Notes: generated by a model from the sequence alone, not told the origin. Shown: positions 19,324 to 30,608, numbered from the stretch's first letter. The stretch: 64,000 bases of DNA from Elusimicrobiota bacterium (GCA_022072025.1 JAJVIP010000003.1:1-64000), one strand, 5' to 3'. Numbers and translations: made by a program.

Positions 19324-19850
19324 AGATCCTCCTTGTTTTTTATCAAACTTTAAATAATGTGGACGAGAAAGCCGAACCGAGTAAACCAGATATAGCTCTA
19401 GTTCAAGCCTGAATTTAACCTCGTCATAGAGGGGTTTCTATAGTTCAAGTACTCTCCCTATAGAGGCGTTGCCTTCCAGATTAACAAAAACCCTTTAAGC
19501 AACTTACAAGTTTGCCCGAGGGCAAACCAATCGTAACCCTTTCGGGTGCAGAGACTGTTTAAGTCGAAGTAACTCAAATTCTTACTGCGTCCACACTGTT
19601 AAAGTTCAAAATATTGCAGAGAAAATTGATAAGAGTGACAATGCGTTCTAACACTGAACTACTGAGCTTTCGCCCAGACAGGAATCTAACCTGTGGCCTC
19701 ACATTCCAAAAATGAAGTAACTCTAGTCTCACTACTGCAATATGTTAATGTTCAAAATGGTAGAGAAAATTTGCGAGAGACTTATTATCGGCGAAGTAAC
19801 TCTCACTTCACTACTACCAAATAACATTATAACATAACAACATAATGTTG
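19324..19850. ncRNA. 527-nt noncoding leader upstream of rsr with 3 tandem degenerate ~78-nt repeats and several hairpins; candidate Y-RNA-like sRNA array
   Basis: No ORF of 60 aa or more. Repeats start at 19566, 19714 and 19793 (GAAGTAACTC...CACTACTGC...GTTCAAAAT...). Hairpins GTTTGCCCGAGGGCAAAC (19520-19537), ACCCTTTCGGGT and TCTATAG...CTATAGA. The CUCACUACUGC string recalls the 3' strand of the Ro-binding stem of vertebrate hY1 (from memory). Confidence 0.3.
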
Positions 19851-21735
<1,885 letters not shown>

Positions 21736-21824
21736 TTATCTCCTTAATAATATAACTATTAACCAAAATAGGTTCCAACTAACGACTAAGCCGATTGCCA
21801 CAGCAATTAACTTGAGTAGAAATC

Positions 21825-22118
21825 TCATAGAACCTTTGCTAAAACATCATGAAACTTAATGAGCTTGAGTTTGTCATCTCCCTGCTCAAAGTCTTTCCCA
21901 ACCCATTTTTCAATGAGAATGGTATCGCCCTTCTGACATGGAGCGTCAAATTCTTTTTCTTCCCAGATACCGACTTCCAGGACTAGCCCCACAACCAAGT
22001 CGCGGTTCTTTTCTTCGTCTGGTAAGTAAATTTTGGGGAGCTTATCATCTTTTTTAAGTTCGATTACTTTTACTAGTACCCCGCCAATGCTGGGTAAAAC
22101 TTTTCCAACAACTTCCAT
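21825..22118 (-). CDS. groES: co-chaperonin GroES/Cpn10-like
   Basis: 97 aa immediately upstream of groEL. GDTILIEKWVG...DDKLKLIKFHDVLAKV resembles the GroES C-terminal half. Confidence 0.5.
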   Translation of the reverse strand: MEVVGKVLPSIGGVLVKVIELKKDDKLPKIYLPDEEKNRDLVVGLVLEVGIWEEKEFDAPCQKGDTILIEKWVGKDFEQGDDKLKLIKFHDVLAKVL

Positions 22119-22120
22119 TG

Positions 22121-22366
22121 TTATTCCTCCTCTAACATTTTTTTATTAATTACTGTGGGACTCAGCCCATAGTTCTCTTTGACTAACTGGATTACTAGAG
22201 CGGCATCACTTGGGGGGTAGACTCTCCACCCGCCAGCTGATTTAACACTAGCAAACAACCCTTTTTTCTCAAGCTTATAGAAAGTTACCCGAGTAATTGG
22301 GATCCCTTCTGCTTTGAGAATGTCTAATATTTTTCCTGTGGTAATGTAGGGGAATGCTCTTTTCAT
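22121..22366 (-). CDS. small DNA-binding-like protein
   Basis: 81 aa, basic, helix-turn-helix-like segment. Confidence 0.25.
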   Translation of the reverse strand: MKRAFPYITTGKILDILKAEGIPITRVTFYKLEKKGLFASVKSAGGWRVYPPSDAALVIQLVKENYGLSPTVINKKMLEEE

Positions 22367-22375
22367 ATTACTCTT

Positions 22376-23095
22376 TTAAAATGGTAAATCTTCTACAGCC
22401 ACATATTCTGGATCGCCTGGGTTATTCATACCCTCATCCTCTGGAACATCTACTGGTGTAGAGACACTTGGTTTAATTAATTCTTTTGACTTAGTTTCAA
22501 TTTGCTTACGCAACATAAACTTCTCTGCTGGTTTAAGATCGGTGGCAACTTTAATGAGTTCCTCTATCTTGAGAAGCTCTTCTTTAGTATTTAGTTTATT
22601 AATCTTTTCACTCCATGAAGTAAAGGTTGCCAAGGAGTTTGTTGTTTGTTTGGGTTGGACGGGTTGCGTGGTTTGAGGGGCTTGTGGGGCAGGAGTAGTA
22701 TGACTCCCCTCTTTGTTTTCGTCAGAGTCGGCATCCTTAGTATCGTCAATGGCAAATAGCCCATTCAGGGCATATTTACGGGCATATGAACTAGCGGCTC
22801 CAGTAATCTGAGAGTCATCCATGCCCTTTTTATCAAGAGATTCGCGGGCGAAAGCCGAGGAAGATACATTATTTGTTCCATCAGTAAGGGTGGCGGTTGC
22901 CTTAATATAATATCTTTCTCCTATGAGAACAACCTCATCTTCCAGCTTAATTACCAAATCTCCGACCAGGGGTTTAACAGCGTCTAAAATATCCTCACAG
23001 TTGCGGTAATTATAGTTACCAAATTTGTTGCGCCTAGATTTCGGGGCGTTTAATGTCTTTTGAATTTGTGCGAGTTGTTTAATAAGTTTGTCCAT
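22376..23095 (-). CDS. erf: ERF-family single-strand annealing protein
   Basis: KFGNYNYRNCEDILDAVKPL and GAASSYARKYALNGLFAIDD match the ERF superfamily core. C-terminus is acidic and P/Q-rich. Confidence 0.55.
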   Translation of the reverse strand: MDKLIKQLAQIQKTLNAPKSRRNKFGNYNYRNCEDILDAVKPLVGDLVIKLEDEVVLIGERYYIKATATLTDGTNNVSSSAFARESLDKKGMDDSQITGAASSYARKYALNGLFAIDDTKDADSDENKEGSHTTPAPQAPQTTQPVQPKQTTNSLATFTSWSEKINKLNTKEELLKIEELIKVATDLKPAEKFMLRKQIETKSKELIKPSVSTPVDVPEDEGMNNPGDPEYVAVEDLPF

Positions 23096-23128
23096 AATTT
23101 CTTTATCCTTCCTTATATTATATATTAA

Positions 23129-23338
23129 TTAACTTCTCCTGTCAACACCCCCCTTTTGCATCCACCCTTCCACCGATCTCCAATTAATATACCATGTATT
23201 AAGATATCCCACCCTTTTAGCCTCCCATTCATACTTTTGGGCGAACCGAATAACTGTCCGATAATTAAGGCTCATAATCTGGGCAACTACCCTAGATGGA
23301 AGCCAAAGTGGGTGGTCAATGGGCAGAATATCCATCAT
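23129..23338 (-). CDS. small HTH DNA-binding protein
   Basis: 69 aa, basic, MerR/excisionase-like helix. Confidence 0.3.
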   Translation of the reverse strand: MMDILPIDHPLWLPSRVVAQIMSLNYRTVIRFAQKYEWEAKRVGYLNTWYINWRSVEGWMQKGGVDRRS

Positions 23339-23396
23339 CTTTTATCCTGTCGCCCGATTGCAAACATTATAAGAATCATTATGAATAGAAGTTTGA

Positions 23397-23819
23397 TCAT
23401 ATTGGTTCCACAATAACGATTTTAAGACAGTCTTCTTTTGCCTTAATGCTTTTGGTGACGACAGAATAAATATATTGAGGGGTGTCATCTATTATTATTT
23501 TACTTTCTTTTAATCCATCTATATATAATTTGGCACAAATATTGTCGGGGTCTATGGTTCTAGTCTTATATGCCTCTAAGACTATAGAACAAGTTTTAAC
23601 TGGTTTTATTTTTTGTTGTTTGGTTGCTATCCATATTAATGTGTGTATTTCCTCTGCGAGTTTTTTTCTGTAGATCCAATGATTTTGTGAGTAGAGCTTG
23701 TTCCAGGAAATTGTTTTATGGTTGTCAAGAATAATCTGTTGTATTTTTACTTTAGCACTGGCATCGATCCCGTAAAGAGATAGGAGATTATTATTAGTCC
23801 CTCCATCATGATTAACCAT
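23397..23819 (-). CDS. rusA: RusA-like Holliday junction resolvase
   Basis: RTIDPDNICAKLYIDGLKESKIIIDDTPQY resembles the RusA DxDN...K...D...DD catalytic region. Confidence 0.45.
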   Translation of the reverse strand: MVNHDGGTNNNLLSLYGIDASAKVKIQQIILDNHKTISWNKLYSQNHWIYRKKLAEEIHTLIWIATKQQKIKPVKTCSIVLEAYKTRTIDPDNICAKLYIDGLKESKIIIDDTPQYIYSVVTKSIKAKEDCLKIVIVEPI

Positions 23820-23917
23820 ATAAGTATAAACACAAGCGTAGGCTTGAGTGCCTCTCCCCAGCTGCAGGGAGTTTCTTTCATATTACCTCCTTACTATATT
23901 ATCCTATAATATATTTG

Positions 23918-24238
23918 TCAATATGATTTTGGTTTCATTTTATCTATTTCTTTGGCGAGCTCTCGTCTTACTTCTAGGAGTTCCCAGTTGGGAGCTAGTT
24001 CGGGGATCTCCTCCTGTTTCTTGCGTCTGGCACGGGTGATAGATTCTGGTGTGGGGGAATCTTTAAAAGCCTCCCAGGTCATATACTCTTCTGTTTTAAA
24101 TAGCCCGACTCTTTCTTCTGTAACCAATCCCAATGCTTTATACACCAACCAGATTAATAATTTGTCATCTGTTCTGCTTTTCTTACTCTCCCTTAGTACC
24201 CTCTCAACTATGTCGTACAAACCTATTCGTGGACTCAT
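23918..24238 (-). CDS. hypothetical protein
   Basis: 106 aa. A consensus promoter lies immediately upstream on the - strand. Confidence 0.3.
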   Translation of the reverse strand: MSPRIGLYDIVERVLRESKKSRTDDKLLIWLVYKALGLVTEERVGLFKTEEYMTWEAFKDSPTPESITRARRKKQEEIPELAPNWELLEVRRELAKEIDKMKPKSY

Positions 24239-24279
24239 GGTTTCTCGTTTCCTGCGGTAACAAAATTTCTAATACTTAT

Positions 24280-24308
24280 ATTATATCATACTATGAAAGA
24301 AAGTTCAA
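24280..24308 (-). promoter_or_regulatory. sigma70 promoter TTGAAC-17-TATAAT (minus strand)
   Basis: Plus-strand gttcaa 24303-24308 and attata 24280-24285. One of at least 8 near-identical promoters with a tgaTATAAT -10 region. Confidence 0.5.
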
Positions 24309-24668
24309 CTGCTGGGCGTTCACCGCCTGCCTTATTTCTTCCTTCTTTTCATACTCTTCGGCATTCCACTTGGATTCTATTTTTGTAAAAATCCGCAGGG
24401 GAAGAATGGCGGTATCTTTACCGCTCTTGGCTATATATTTGTCGGAGTGTTCATTATGAAATGTAAGGGCTTCTATGCAGTCGATCTCATAGCTGACTTT
24501 GCGGTTGTCGCCCAAATAACATCTGAAGGTTTTGTTGTTCTGAAGGGCAGAGATAGCAAGTCCGATACAAAGATCTCTCTTCCCTGGAGTGAACTGACCT
24601 TCCCAACACATAAATGGTTTTCGAACAATATGTATTTTCATTTTTTCTCCTTCTTTATCTTCTCCCAA
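24291..24668 (-). CDS. hypothetical protein
   Basis: 125 aa, Cys-containing. Confidence 0.3.
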   Translation of the reverse strand: MGEDKEGEKMKIHIVRKPFMCWEGQFTPGKRDLCIGLAISALQNNKTFRCYLGDNRKVSYEIDCIEALTFHNEHSDKYIAKSGKDTAILPLRIFTKIESKWNAEEYEKKEEIRQAVNAQQLNFLS

Positions 24669-25002
24669 TTTTTCTGTGCTTTAATACATTCTATAAATCC
24701 GTCTATAATTTCTCTCTTCTCGGCGACATACTTTTTGGCTTCCTCGAGCGGGATGGGGAGTTCACATTGAAAGTATAGTATCTGATTAAGATACTGTTCC
24801 TTCATCCGCTCGAGATAGCCTATGGTCATATTAGATTCCCAATAAATATGCGAATCTAGCCACTGCTAGATAGAGCAAAAATTCACCAACCACTAATACC
24901 CAGATCATTTTCCGAGTATTGCGGAAGGCTTCGGCTGAGACAGTAAAAGACTCGGTTGTTAGGCGACCCTTATTATCTCTCTTTCCGACCATGATCATGT
25001 CT

Positions 25003-25371
25003 TTAGACTTTTTCATGTTCCTCCTTTGTATTAATTAATGGTAAGTGTCCACTTCTTCTCCACAACTCCTCAATGGGGAGTCTTTTTGTTTCCTCCATTT
25101 GATCCTTGTTATTACATTCGGCACACCACAATTCTGTTCTCCCCGCTCTAGTTTCCCAGGCTTTCTTTTGTTCCTCTGGAGTTTGAGGGGCGAGCCTTAC
25201 CTCTGGGTGGTAACGATTATTAAGATGTTGGATTGTGGCTAGATCGGGGCGATATTCCTTAAGGTTTTCTCCCCTAGAATTTAGGTACATTAACCTCCCG
25301 CAATGTTTACAATTAGGATCTTGGGCATAGAGCCACTCTTTTCTTTTTCTCATCCTTAGCGTATCTCCCAT
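25003..25371 (-). CDS. zinc-ribbon / HNH-like small protein
   Basis: CKHCGR...H..NNRYH...CAECNNK pattern. Confidence 0.3.
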   Translation of the reverse strand: MGDTLRMRKRKEWLYAQDPNCKHCGRLMYLNSRGENLKEYRPDLATIQHLNNRYHPEVRLAPQTPEEQKKAWETRAGRTELWCAECNNKDQMEETKRLPIEELWRRSGHLPLINTKEEHEKV

Positions 25372-25373
25372 CT

Positions 25374-26414
25374 CTATTCTCCATGTTTTAACAAGTACTC
25401 TGGATTAATACATTTGAATGACAGGCGACCAAGATCTGGATCTCGCGTCTCTAAAACTGGGCGGATAACGATTCCCTCTGCCCAAACTTCTGGATTGAGC
25501 TTCGACTTACGAGTAGCCAGGGCGACTAGTTCATCTACGGTACTGGGGAGTTTAAACATAGGATCTACCCATGGTACAGACTTTAATCCCAAATCTATTA
25601 AGATGTCTGCTAAGGTGGGGGAACTAACATACTCTCCAGTTTGCATATCATAAACATTATAAAAAAGGATTCTCTGACCCTTAAGTTTAAGCCTATTGGC
25701 TTGGATACCTTCCCCAATTAGTTCTCCCTGGAGTGCCCAGCGGGAATCTTTTAGTTTTTCTTTGAGTCCCAACTCGTTGGCTACCTTCCAAAAACTGTTT
25801 CCCTCAGACTCTAGGAGGTTGATAGAGCGGGAGCAAACATTTAATTCTCCATCCTTCCAGTATATGGTCACAGAGGATCCATCTACCTTTTCTGTGATAT
25901 AGAAAGTATCAGTTTGATATCTTTCTAGAATCTCTGGACAACCCTGAATTCTAGGCTCATCTGTCTTAGGAATAAAGCTGGGGAATAACCCTTTGGCTAC
26001 GCCAGCTAACTGGGCGGGCATTGGGGGTTCATATTTATGTACGCCAAGAATACCCGTGACATCATCTCCCTCTTGAAGAAAATCTCTTCCAAGAGATTGG
26101 TGGATAACTGTAATGGGTAGACATAATCCTTGGCTAATTTGCCCCCGCAAGCGGATAGTTCTAAGACGGATCCCCTCTTCTTCTGCCCCATCGATTAACA
26201 TTTTTTTGGTACCATTTTTCTTTAAGAACTCATATCTAAAGTCATCGGCGGGCAAGAATGAGTCCACCTCATAATACACACATAAATCCCCAGGTTTGAA
26301 CTCACCCTTCTTTACCACTACATGCCACCCTAGAACAGTAGCCACCTCAATGGCATCTGCTCCCTCAATGGGTTTGATGTCTATAATCTTTTGGACACTA
26401 GCTAGTTTTCTCAT
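25374..26414 (-). CDS. ATP-dependent RNA ligase, DraRnl/Rnl5-like (nick-sealing family)
   Basis: N-terminal KLASVQKIIDIKPIEGADAIEVATVLGWHVVVKKGEFKPGD OB-like domain. Nucleotidyltransferase motif I EKVDGSS, motif IV EGIVIR, motif V FKCINPEY. Confidence 0.6.
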   Translation of the reverse strand: MRKLASVQKIIDIKPIEGADAIEVATVLGWHVVVKKGEFKPGDLCVYYEVDSFLPADDFRYEFLKKNGTKKMLIDGAEEEGIRLRTIRLRGQISQGLCLPITVIHQSLGRDFLQEGDDVTGILGVHKYEPPMPAQLAGVAKGLFPSFIPKTDEPRIQGCPEILERYQTDTFYITEKVDGSSVTIYWKDGELNVCSRSINLLESEGNSFWKVANELGLKEKLKDSRWALQGELIGEGIQANRLKLKGQRILFYNVYDMQTGEYVSSPTLADILIDLGLKSVPWVDPMFKLPSTVDELVALATRKSKLNPEVWAEGIVIRPVLETRDPDLGRLSFKCINPEYLLKHGE

Positions 26415-26415
26415 A

Positions 26416-26631
26416 TTACCCCTCTATTTTATCTCTGGCTTCCATCCATTGATCGGAGTCAGCCTCGGATATTAATACTTGATTGGTAAATCCATTTGCG
26501 TCATGGATTGTCATCCATGGTCCCATGCCCTTAATAGTAGTTCCGATGTCTGCATAGGCATATCTATTAACCTGCCATGCGGGGAGCTGGACTCTTGTGA
26601 TTCCTAGTTTGTATAATTCTTTTAGTGTCAT
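26416..26631 (-). CDS. hypothetical protein
   Basis: 71 aa. Confidence 0.3.
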   Translation of the reverse strand: MTLKELYKLGITRVQLPAWQVNRYAYADIGTTIKGMGPWMTIHDANGFTNQVLISEADSDQWMEARDKIEG

Positions 26632-26679
26632 ATATTCTCCTTAGCCTAACCCCCCATATGGAGGGGCTAGGTAAAAAGA

Positions 26680-27531
26680 CTATTTAAGTGCTGGTAGGTT
26701 CAACAAAGTTGATCCATTTCCAAGCATATAAACTGGTAGTTTACCATCCCATTTCTCAAGATAGATCTTCTGCAAAAGCTCTGGGGAGATTGTCTCTCTC
26801 TGGAGTCTTTGTGCTTCAGCTTGAGCTTGAGCGTCGGTGATTGCCGCTTGTTTGCGGTAGGTCGCCTGCTCTGCCTTATTCTTTTCAGTGTCAACTTTAA
26901 CAAACTCAATCTGCTTTTGGGAGATTGCATCTGTATAATCTTTGTCAAATCCGAGTTCGCGGATCAACACCGAGTCAAGAATAATACCATTTTCTGCTAA
27001 GACTGCCTGTATAGTTTCAAAAATATCCTTTGCTACCTTTTCACGCCCTGTCCCTACATACAATTCTTCAGCCGAGAAATTGGCTGGAGTTGTACGAGCA
27101 ACACTGCGAGTCTGAGCTCGGATAATCTTGTCTACTAGTGTCTGCTCACTACCAAACTTCTCTACCACCCAAGTTGTCTTGGTTGGATCAATTGAGAAAG
27201 TAATGGTGTAGTACACATTCACTGGTTGACCATCTTTGGTGGTTGTATCTACTGGTCCATCTTTATAGTCAGAATTGGAAGTCTTCATGTCTTCTGGCTT
27301 CATGGTTTCGTAGATCAAGAACTTAGTATTAATATACTTTGTTCCTTCTACAAATGGGGTAATCACGGCGGCTCCTGGTTGGAGAACTCTCCCAGTCACG
27401 GCACCCCACCTTGTTACCACCGCCACCTCACCAGCATCAACTGTGCGGAAACCGAGTAATCCTATGATAAGGATAAATACTCCGATCACTCCTAAACCTA
27501 CTATATTTCGTGCGATTTTTTCTGTGTCCAT
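26680..27531 (-). CDS. SPFH / band-7 (prohibitin/HflK-like) membrane protein
   Basis: N-terminal TM helix, then a typical SPFH core (GEVAVVTRWG...PGAAVITPF...) and a coiled-coil Q/A-rich C-terminus. Confidence 0.7.
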   Translation of the reverse strand: MDTEKIARNIVGLGVIGVFILIIGLLGFRTVDAGEVAVVTRWGAVTGRVLQPGAAVITPFVEGTKYINTKFLIYETMKPEDMKTSNSDYKDGPVDTTTKDGQPVNVYYTITFSIDPTKTTWVVEKFGSEQTLVDKIIRAQTRSVARTTPANFSAEELYVGTGREKVAKDIFETIQAVLAENGIILDSVLIRELGFDKDYTDAISQKQIEFVKVDTEKNKAEQATYRKQAAITDAQAQAEAQRLQRETISPELLQKIYLEKWDGKLPVYMLGNGSTLLNLPALK

Positions 27532-27685
27532 ATTATTTTTTCACCTCCTTCTTTTTCTTTTTATCTAATAATTCTTTTTCCTTATCCTTCATTCCTTCTT
27601 GGTAGACGCTTTTCAGCACCCCAATAATGGCTAGGAAGATAAGAAAATCTAAAATAAATATAACTAATCTCATAAGTGCCTCCTA

Positions 27686-28063
27686 TTAAAATGATCTACT
27701 AGCTCCCCCACCAGAGAATACTCCTCCCCCGAATCCTCCGAAGCCACCAAAGGTGGAAGTGCTGGGGGTGCTATGGAATCCTCCGCTACTGAAGAAGCTA
27801 CTGTCGTCATCGTCATCGTCGCTATCAAACCAGGAGCTAACTTTCTCCCTGATTGTGGGAGTTTGTTCGATGTCACATTTTAGACAATATTGCTCTTTGG
27901 TATCTGGGTTAGAGATACGAACAGCTAGGCGTTTGAGGGTTGTAAGATCTCCCTCAGCTACCTGATCTAGATCAAGATTAACCATCTTGTGTCCGCAGTT
28001 TTCGCACTCCACAACCTCTACGGTTTGTTTTTGTAGTTCTATCATTTCTCCTACTTCTATCAT
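27686..28063 (-). CDS. zinc-ribbon protein with acidic linker and Gly-rich C-terminus
   Basis: CENCGH...CLKCD, a DDDDDD run, and a GGFGGFGGGVFSGGG tail resembling the Gly-rich C-termini of TPM-domain (YgcG-like) proteins. Confidence 0.35.
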   Translation of the reverse strand: MIEVGEMIELQKQTVEVVECENCGHKMVNLDLDQVAEGDLTTLKRLAVRISNPDTKEQYCLKCDIEQTPTIREKVSSWFDSDDDDDDSSFFSSGGFHSTPSTSTFGGFGGFGGGVFSGGGASRSF

Positions 28064-28536
28064 TTTACCTCCTCAATTATTGCAGTTACTCCTGATAATA
28101 CTCCCCCATCCCAGTCTGCATTCTTGAGATAAGGAATCACTTTATTGTCGAGGATTCTACCTGCCTCAGCGTCAGTAAGTTTTTCTTCTAGTCCCCTTCC
28201 CACTTCAATCCTAAGTTTGCGGTCAGTAGTAGCGATAAGAAAAATAACTCCATTGTCTTTCCCCTCATATCCTGGCTTCCACGCCTCGGCTAGGTTAATA
28301 GAGTATTCTTCTATGCTCTCTGCCCCCGTGGAGGGGACGGTTACAACGGCTATTTGAGCTTTTTCATCAAACTCTTTGAGCTGATTACTAACCTTAAGCT
28401 CTGTTTCTTCTGAGAGGACATTAGAGGTATCAACCACATAGCCAGTTGGGGAGGGATAGACAGTTTCTGGTAGTTGTATTTGAGTACATCCTCCGAGTAA
28501 TAGTGCTGCAACTAAGACTACTAGTAAGTATTTCAT
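28060..28536 (-). CDS. TPM-domain lipoprotein (DUF477 / TLP18.3-like)
   Basis: Lipobox LLLGGC, then YVVDTSNVLSEETELKVSNQL...IAVVTVPSTG...GVIFLIATTDRKLRIEVGRGLE, typical of TPM domains. Confidence 0.6.
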   Translation of the reverse strand: MKYLLVVLVAALLLGGCTQIQLPETVYPSPTGYVVDTSNVLSEETELKVSNQLKEFDEKAQIAVVTVPSTGAESIEEYSINLAEAWKPGYEGKDNGVIFLIATTDRKLRIEVGRGLEEKLTDAEAGRILDNKVIPYLKNADWDGGVLSGVTAIIEEVK

Positions 28537-29114
28537 TATTTGACCTCCAAGTTAACACTAGGAGCATATTGGGCGTCCTGTGTTTGGATAGTAAATAGTG
28601 GCTTCTCGTCGAAGTTAAACATCCCAGCTAGGAAGTTGGTTGGGAACTTCTTGATATAGATATTAAAGTCTCTGGCGTCCTCATTATAGCGATCTCTGGC
28701 TACAGTGATCCTATTCTCGGTCCCAGCTAGTTCATCCATTAACCCCTGGACAGTTTGATCCGCCTTTAGATTTGGATAGTTTTCCATGATCACCATTAAA
28801 CGAGAGAGAGCTCCTTCAATTTCTCCAGTTGCTTTTATTCTCTCATCTGATCCCTTATTACTATTATCATAGTGAGCACGGGCGTCGGCGATGGCTTTAA
28901 ATACCGCCTGTTCATGAGCCATATACCCTTTAACCGAGTTTGCTAGGTTGGGGATAAGGTCATATCTACGCTGGTATTGGGTTTCTACTTTTGCCCAAGT
29001 AGTAGACACCTCTTCGTTGCGAGTAACCATTGTGTTGTAGGCACCAGAAACCCAGTTAAAAATTATGATTGCGACTAGGGCAATACTCCCTAAAGTTACT
29101 AAAAGTTTATTCAT
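28536..29114 (-). CDS. LemA-family membrane protein
   Basis: N-terminal TM, then YNTMVTRNEEV...W..VETQYQRRYDLIPNL, the LemA signature. Translationally coupled to the TPM gene. Confidence 0.7.
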   Translation of the reverse strand: MNKLLVTLGSIALVAIIIFNWVSGAYNTMVTRNEEVSTTWAKVETQYQRRYDLIPNLANSVKGYMAHEQAVFKAIADARAHYDNSNKGSDERIKATGEIEGALSRLMVIMENYPNLKADQTVQGLMDELAGTENRITVARDRYNEDARDFNIYIKKFPTNFLAGMFNFDEKPLFTIQTQDAQYAPSVNLEVK

Positions 29115-29213
29115 ATACCCCCTATCTAGTTAATAAGTAAATAATAAAGGCGTTAGCAATTGCTATCCCCACAATGGCTCCGCCGAGCCAATTATTAGAG
29201 ATGTCTAATTTTT

Positions 29214-29666
29214 TCATTTATACTCCTTTGTTATACGATCATAAATAACTATTGATCCTGCGACGGCTACATTCAGACAAAATTGTCCTCCTGGTATTTC
29301 AACTACTGTTTTGTGTTCCATATATTCTTCAGGTAGTCCGTAATCTTCTGCCCCCAAAAGGTAGATTGCTCTTTCGGGATGGACGAAATTATGGAGGGGA
29401 CGGGAGATGGAATTTTTTTCAATACATATGACACTGCATCCTTTTGGTATGTGTCTATCAAACTCTGCAAGTGACTCGTATTCAAATAGGGGGATATGTC
29501 CTGTTGCACCGCTTGTATCGGAAGCTTGGCGATTGTATCTTCTACCGATTGTAAAGATGTGATTGGCATTGAAAGCATGTGCTGTCCTCCAGAGTGTCCC
29601 TATATTACTTGTAGTTTTGGGATGATAAATCCCAATTCCGTAGTAGCCTCTCATTTTATAATCCAT
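29214..29666 (-). CDS. SPOUT-class RNA 2'-O-methyltransferase, TrmL-like
   Basis: 150 aa. YGIGIYHPKTTSNIGTLWRTAHAFNANHIF...YLLGAEDYGLPEE...IPGGQFCLNVAVAGSIVIYDR parallels TrmL/CspR (IVLYEPEIPPNTGNIIR...SMNLSNAVSVVVYEA). Confidence 0.6.
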   Translation of the reverse strand: MDYKMRGYYGIGIYHPKTTSNIGTLWRTAHAFNANHIFTIGRRYNRQASDTSGATGHIPLFEYESLAEFDRHIPKGCSVICIEKNSISRPLHNFVHPERAIYLLGAEDYGLPEEYMEHKTVVEIPGGQFCLNVAVAGSIVIYDRITKEYK

Positions 29667-30174
29667 TTATGGCGGCAAAGATGGCGGAGGCCACTGCTAC
29701 TGACATAATAATTGTTAGTGTGAGCTTGAGAAAGTCTTCTGCCTCCCAGCGGTAAAATGGTTTGTGGGACACTGATTTTTTGAGCCATCTACCAACCTTA
29801 TATACAACTGGTTCGGCTTTGATCCCGCCCTGTACATAGTCTCTCATCTTCCCGATAGTCATATCAGAGGCAAGTTCTTGGCGTTTCTTTACCAAATCTT
29901 TGACTTTAATCTTGTCAATATCTCTGTCGCTCATCCCCCCGACTACTTTGAAGAAGCGGGAGTTTTCTGCAATCTGATCTAGGACACTTTGCTTCTCGTC
30001 CCTGTCCGTAGACTGCATTTGAGTTGGATCGTAGATTTGTAGTTCTCCTGACATATTTCTCCTTTTTATTTTTATTGGTTCTATTGTTTTTATATCTTCT
30101 TCATCTTCTAGCCATTGAGCTGATGGTCTGTCTTCCCAATCGTCGTCATAATACTGGTGCATTAGAGCGGGCAT
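29656..30174 (-). CDS. hypothetical C-terminally membrane-anchored protein
   Basis: 172 aa with a C-terminal TM helix. Confidence 0.3.
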   Translation of the reverse strand: MPALMHQYYDDDWEDRPSAQWLEDEEDIKTIEPIKIKRRNMSGELQIYDPTQMQSTDRDEKQSVLDQIAENSRFFKVVGGMSDRDIDKIKVKDLVKKRQELASDMTIGKMRDYVQGGIKAEPVVYKVGRWLKKSVSHKPFYRWEAEDFLKLTLTIIMSVAVASAIFAAINGL

Positions 30175-30180
30175 ATTGGT

Positions 30181-30579
30181 TTACTTTTTAATTTGTTTAA
30201 CTAACTCAACAGCCTCCAGGATAGCCTTATATTCTGGATTGATTAGGTATGGTAAGGCAGAGTTTAAGAACTCTAATCCCTTCGAGCCAGCCCAAAATCC
30301 CCCCGCGATGAAAATTGCATAGAGGATATATTTGTCCACGGAGTGGATGTCTTCGCTCTTACTTACTTTGCGGATAATACGATAAACAATGGCTGTTAAA
30401 AGGAAAAACCAAATCGAGGTTACTAAATATTGAATTCCGATTACTACCTGTTGTTTAACCAACACGGCATATAGGTGAGACACTACATCTCCAGCGACCT
30501 GTGCTAGGGCGGTAAGAGTAGCTCCAATTCTATCTGAAAGATCGGTGATAACTGATCCTGCTGTTTCAATGAATGTCAT
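30181..30579 (-). CDS. hypothetical integral membrane protein
   Basis: 132 aa with 3 predicted TM helices. Confidence 0.3.
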   Translation of the reverse strand: MTFIETAGSVITDLSDRIGATLTALAQVAGDVVSHLYAVLVKQQVVIGIQYLVTSIWFFLLTAIVYRIIRKVSKSEDIHSVDKYILYAIFIAGGFWAGSKGLEFLNSALPYLINPEYKAILEAVELVKQIKK

Positions 30580-30608
30580 ATTTCTCCTATCAATCTAAAT
30601 ATAATTAT

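Noticed and set aside
19324-19850. Searched the rsr leader for the canonical Ro-binding helix (GGUCCGA / UUGAC with bulged C) on both strands
   Set aside because: Not found. Only a partial resemblance (CUCACUACUGC) to the Y1 3' stem is present, so no Y RNA gene coordinates are asserted.
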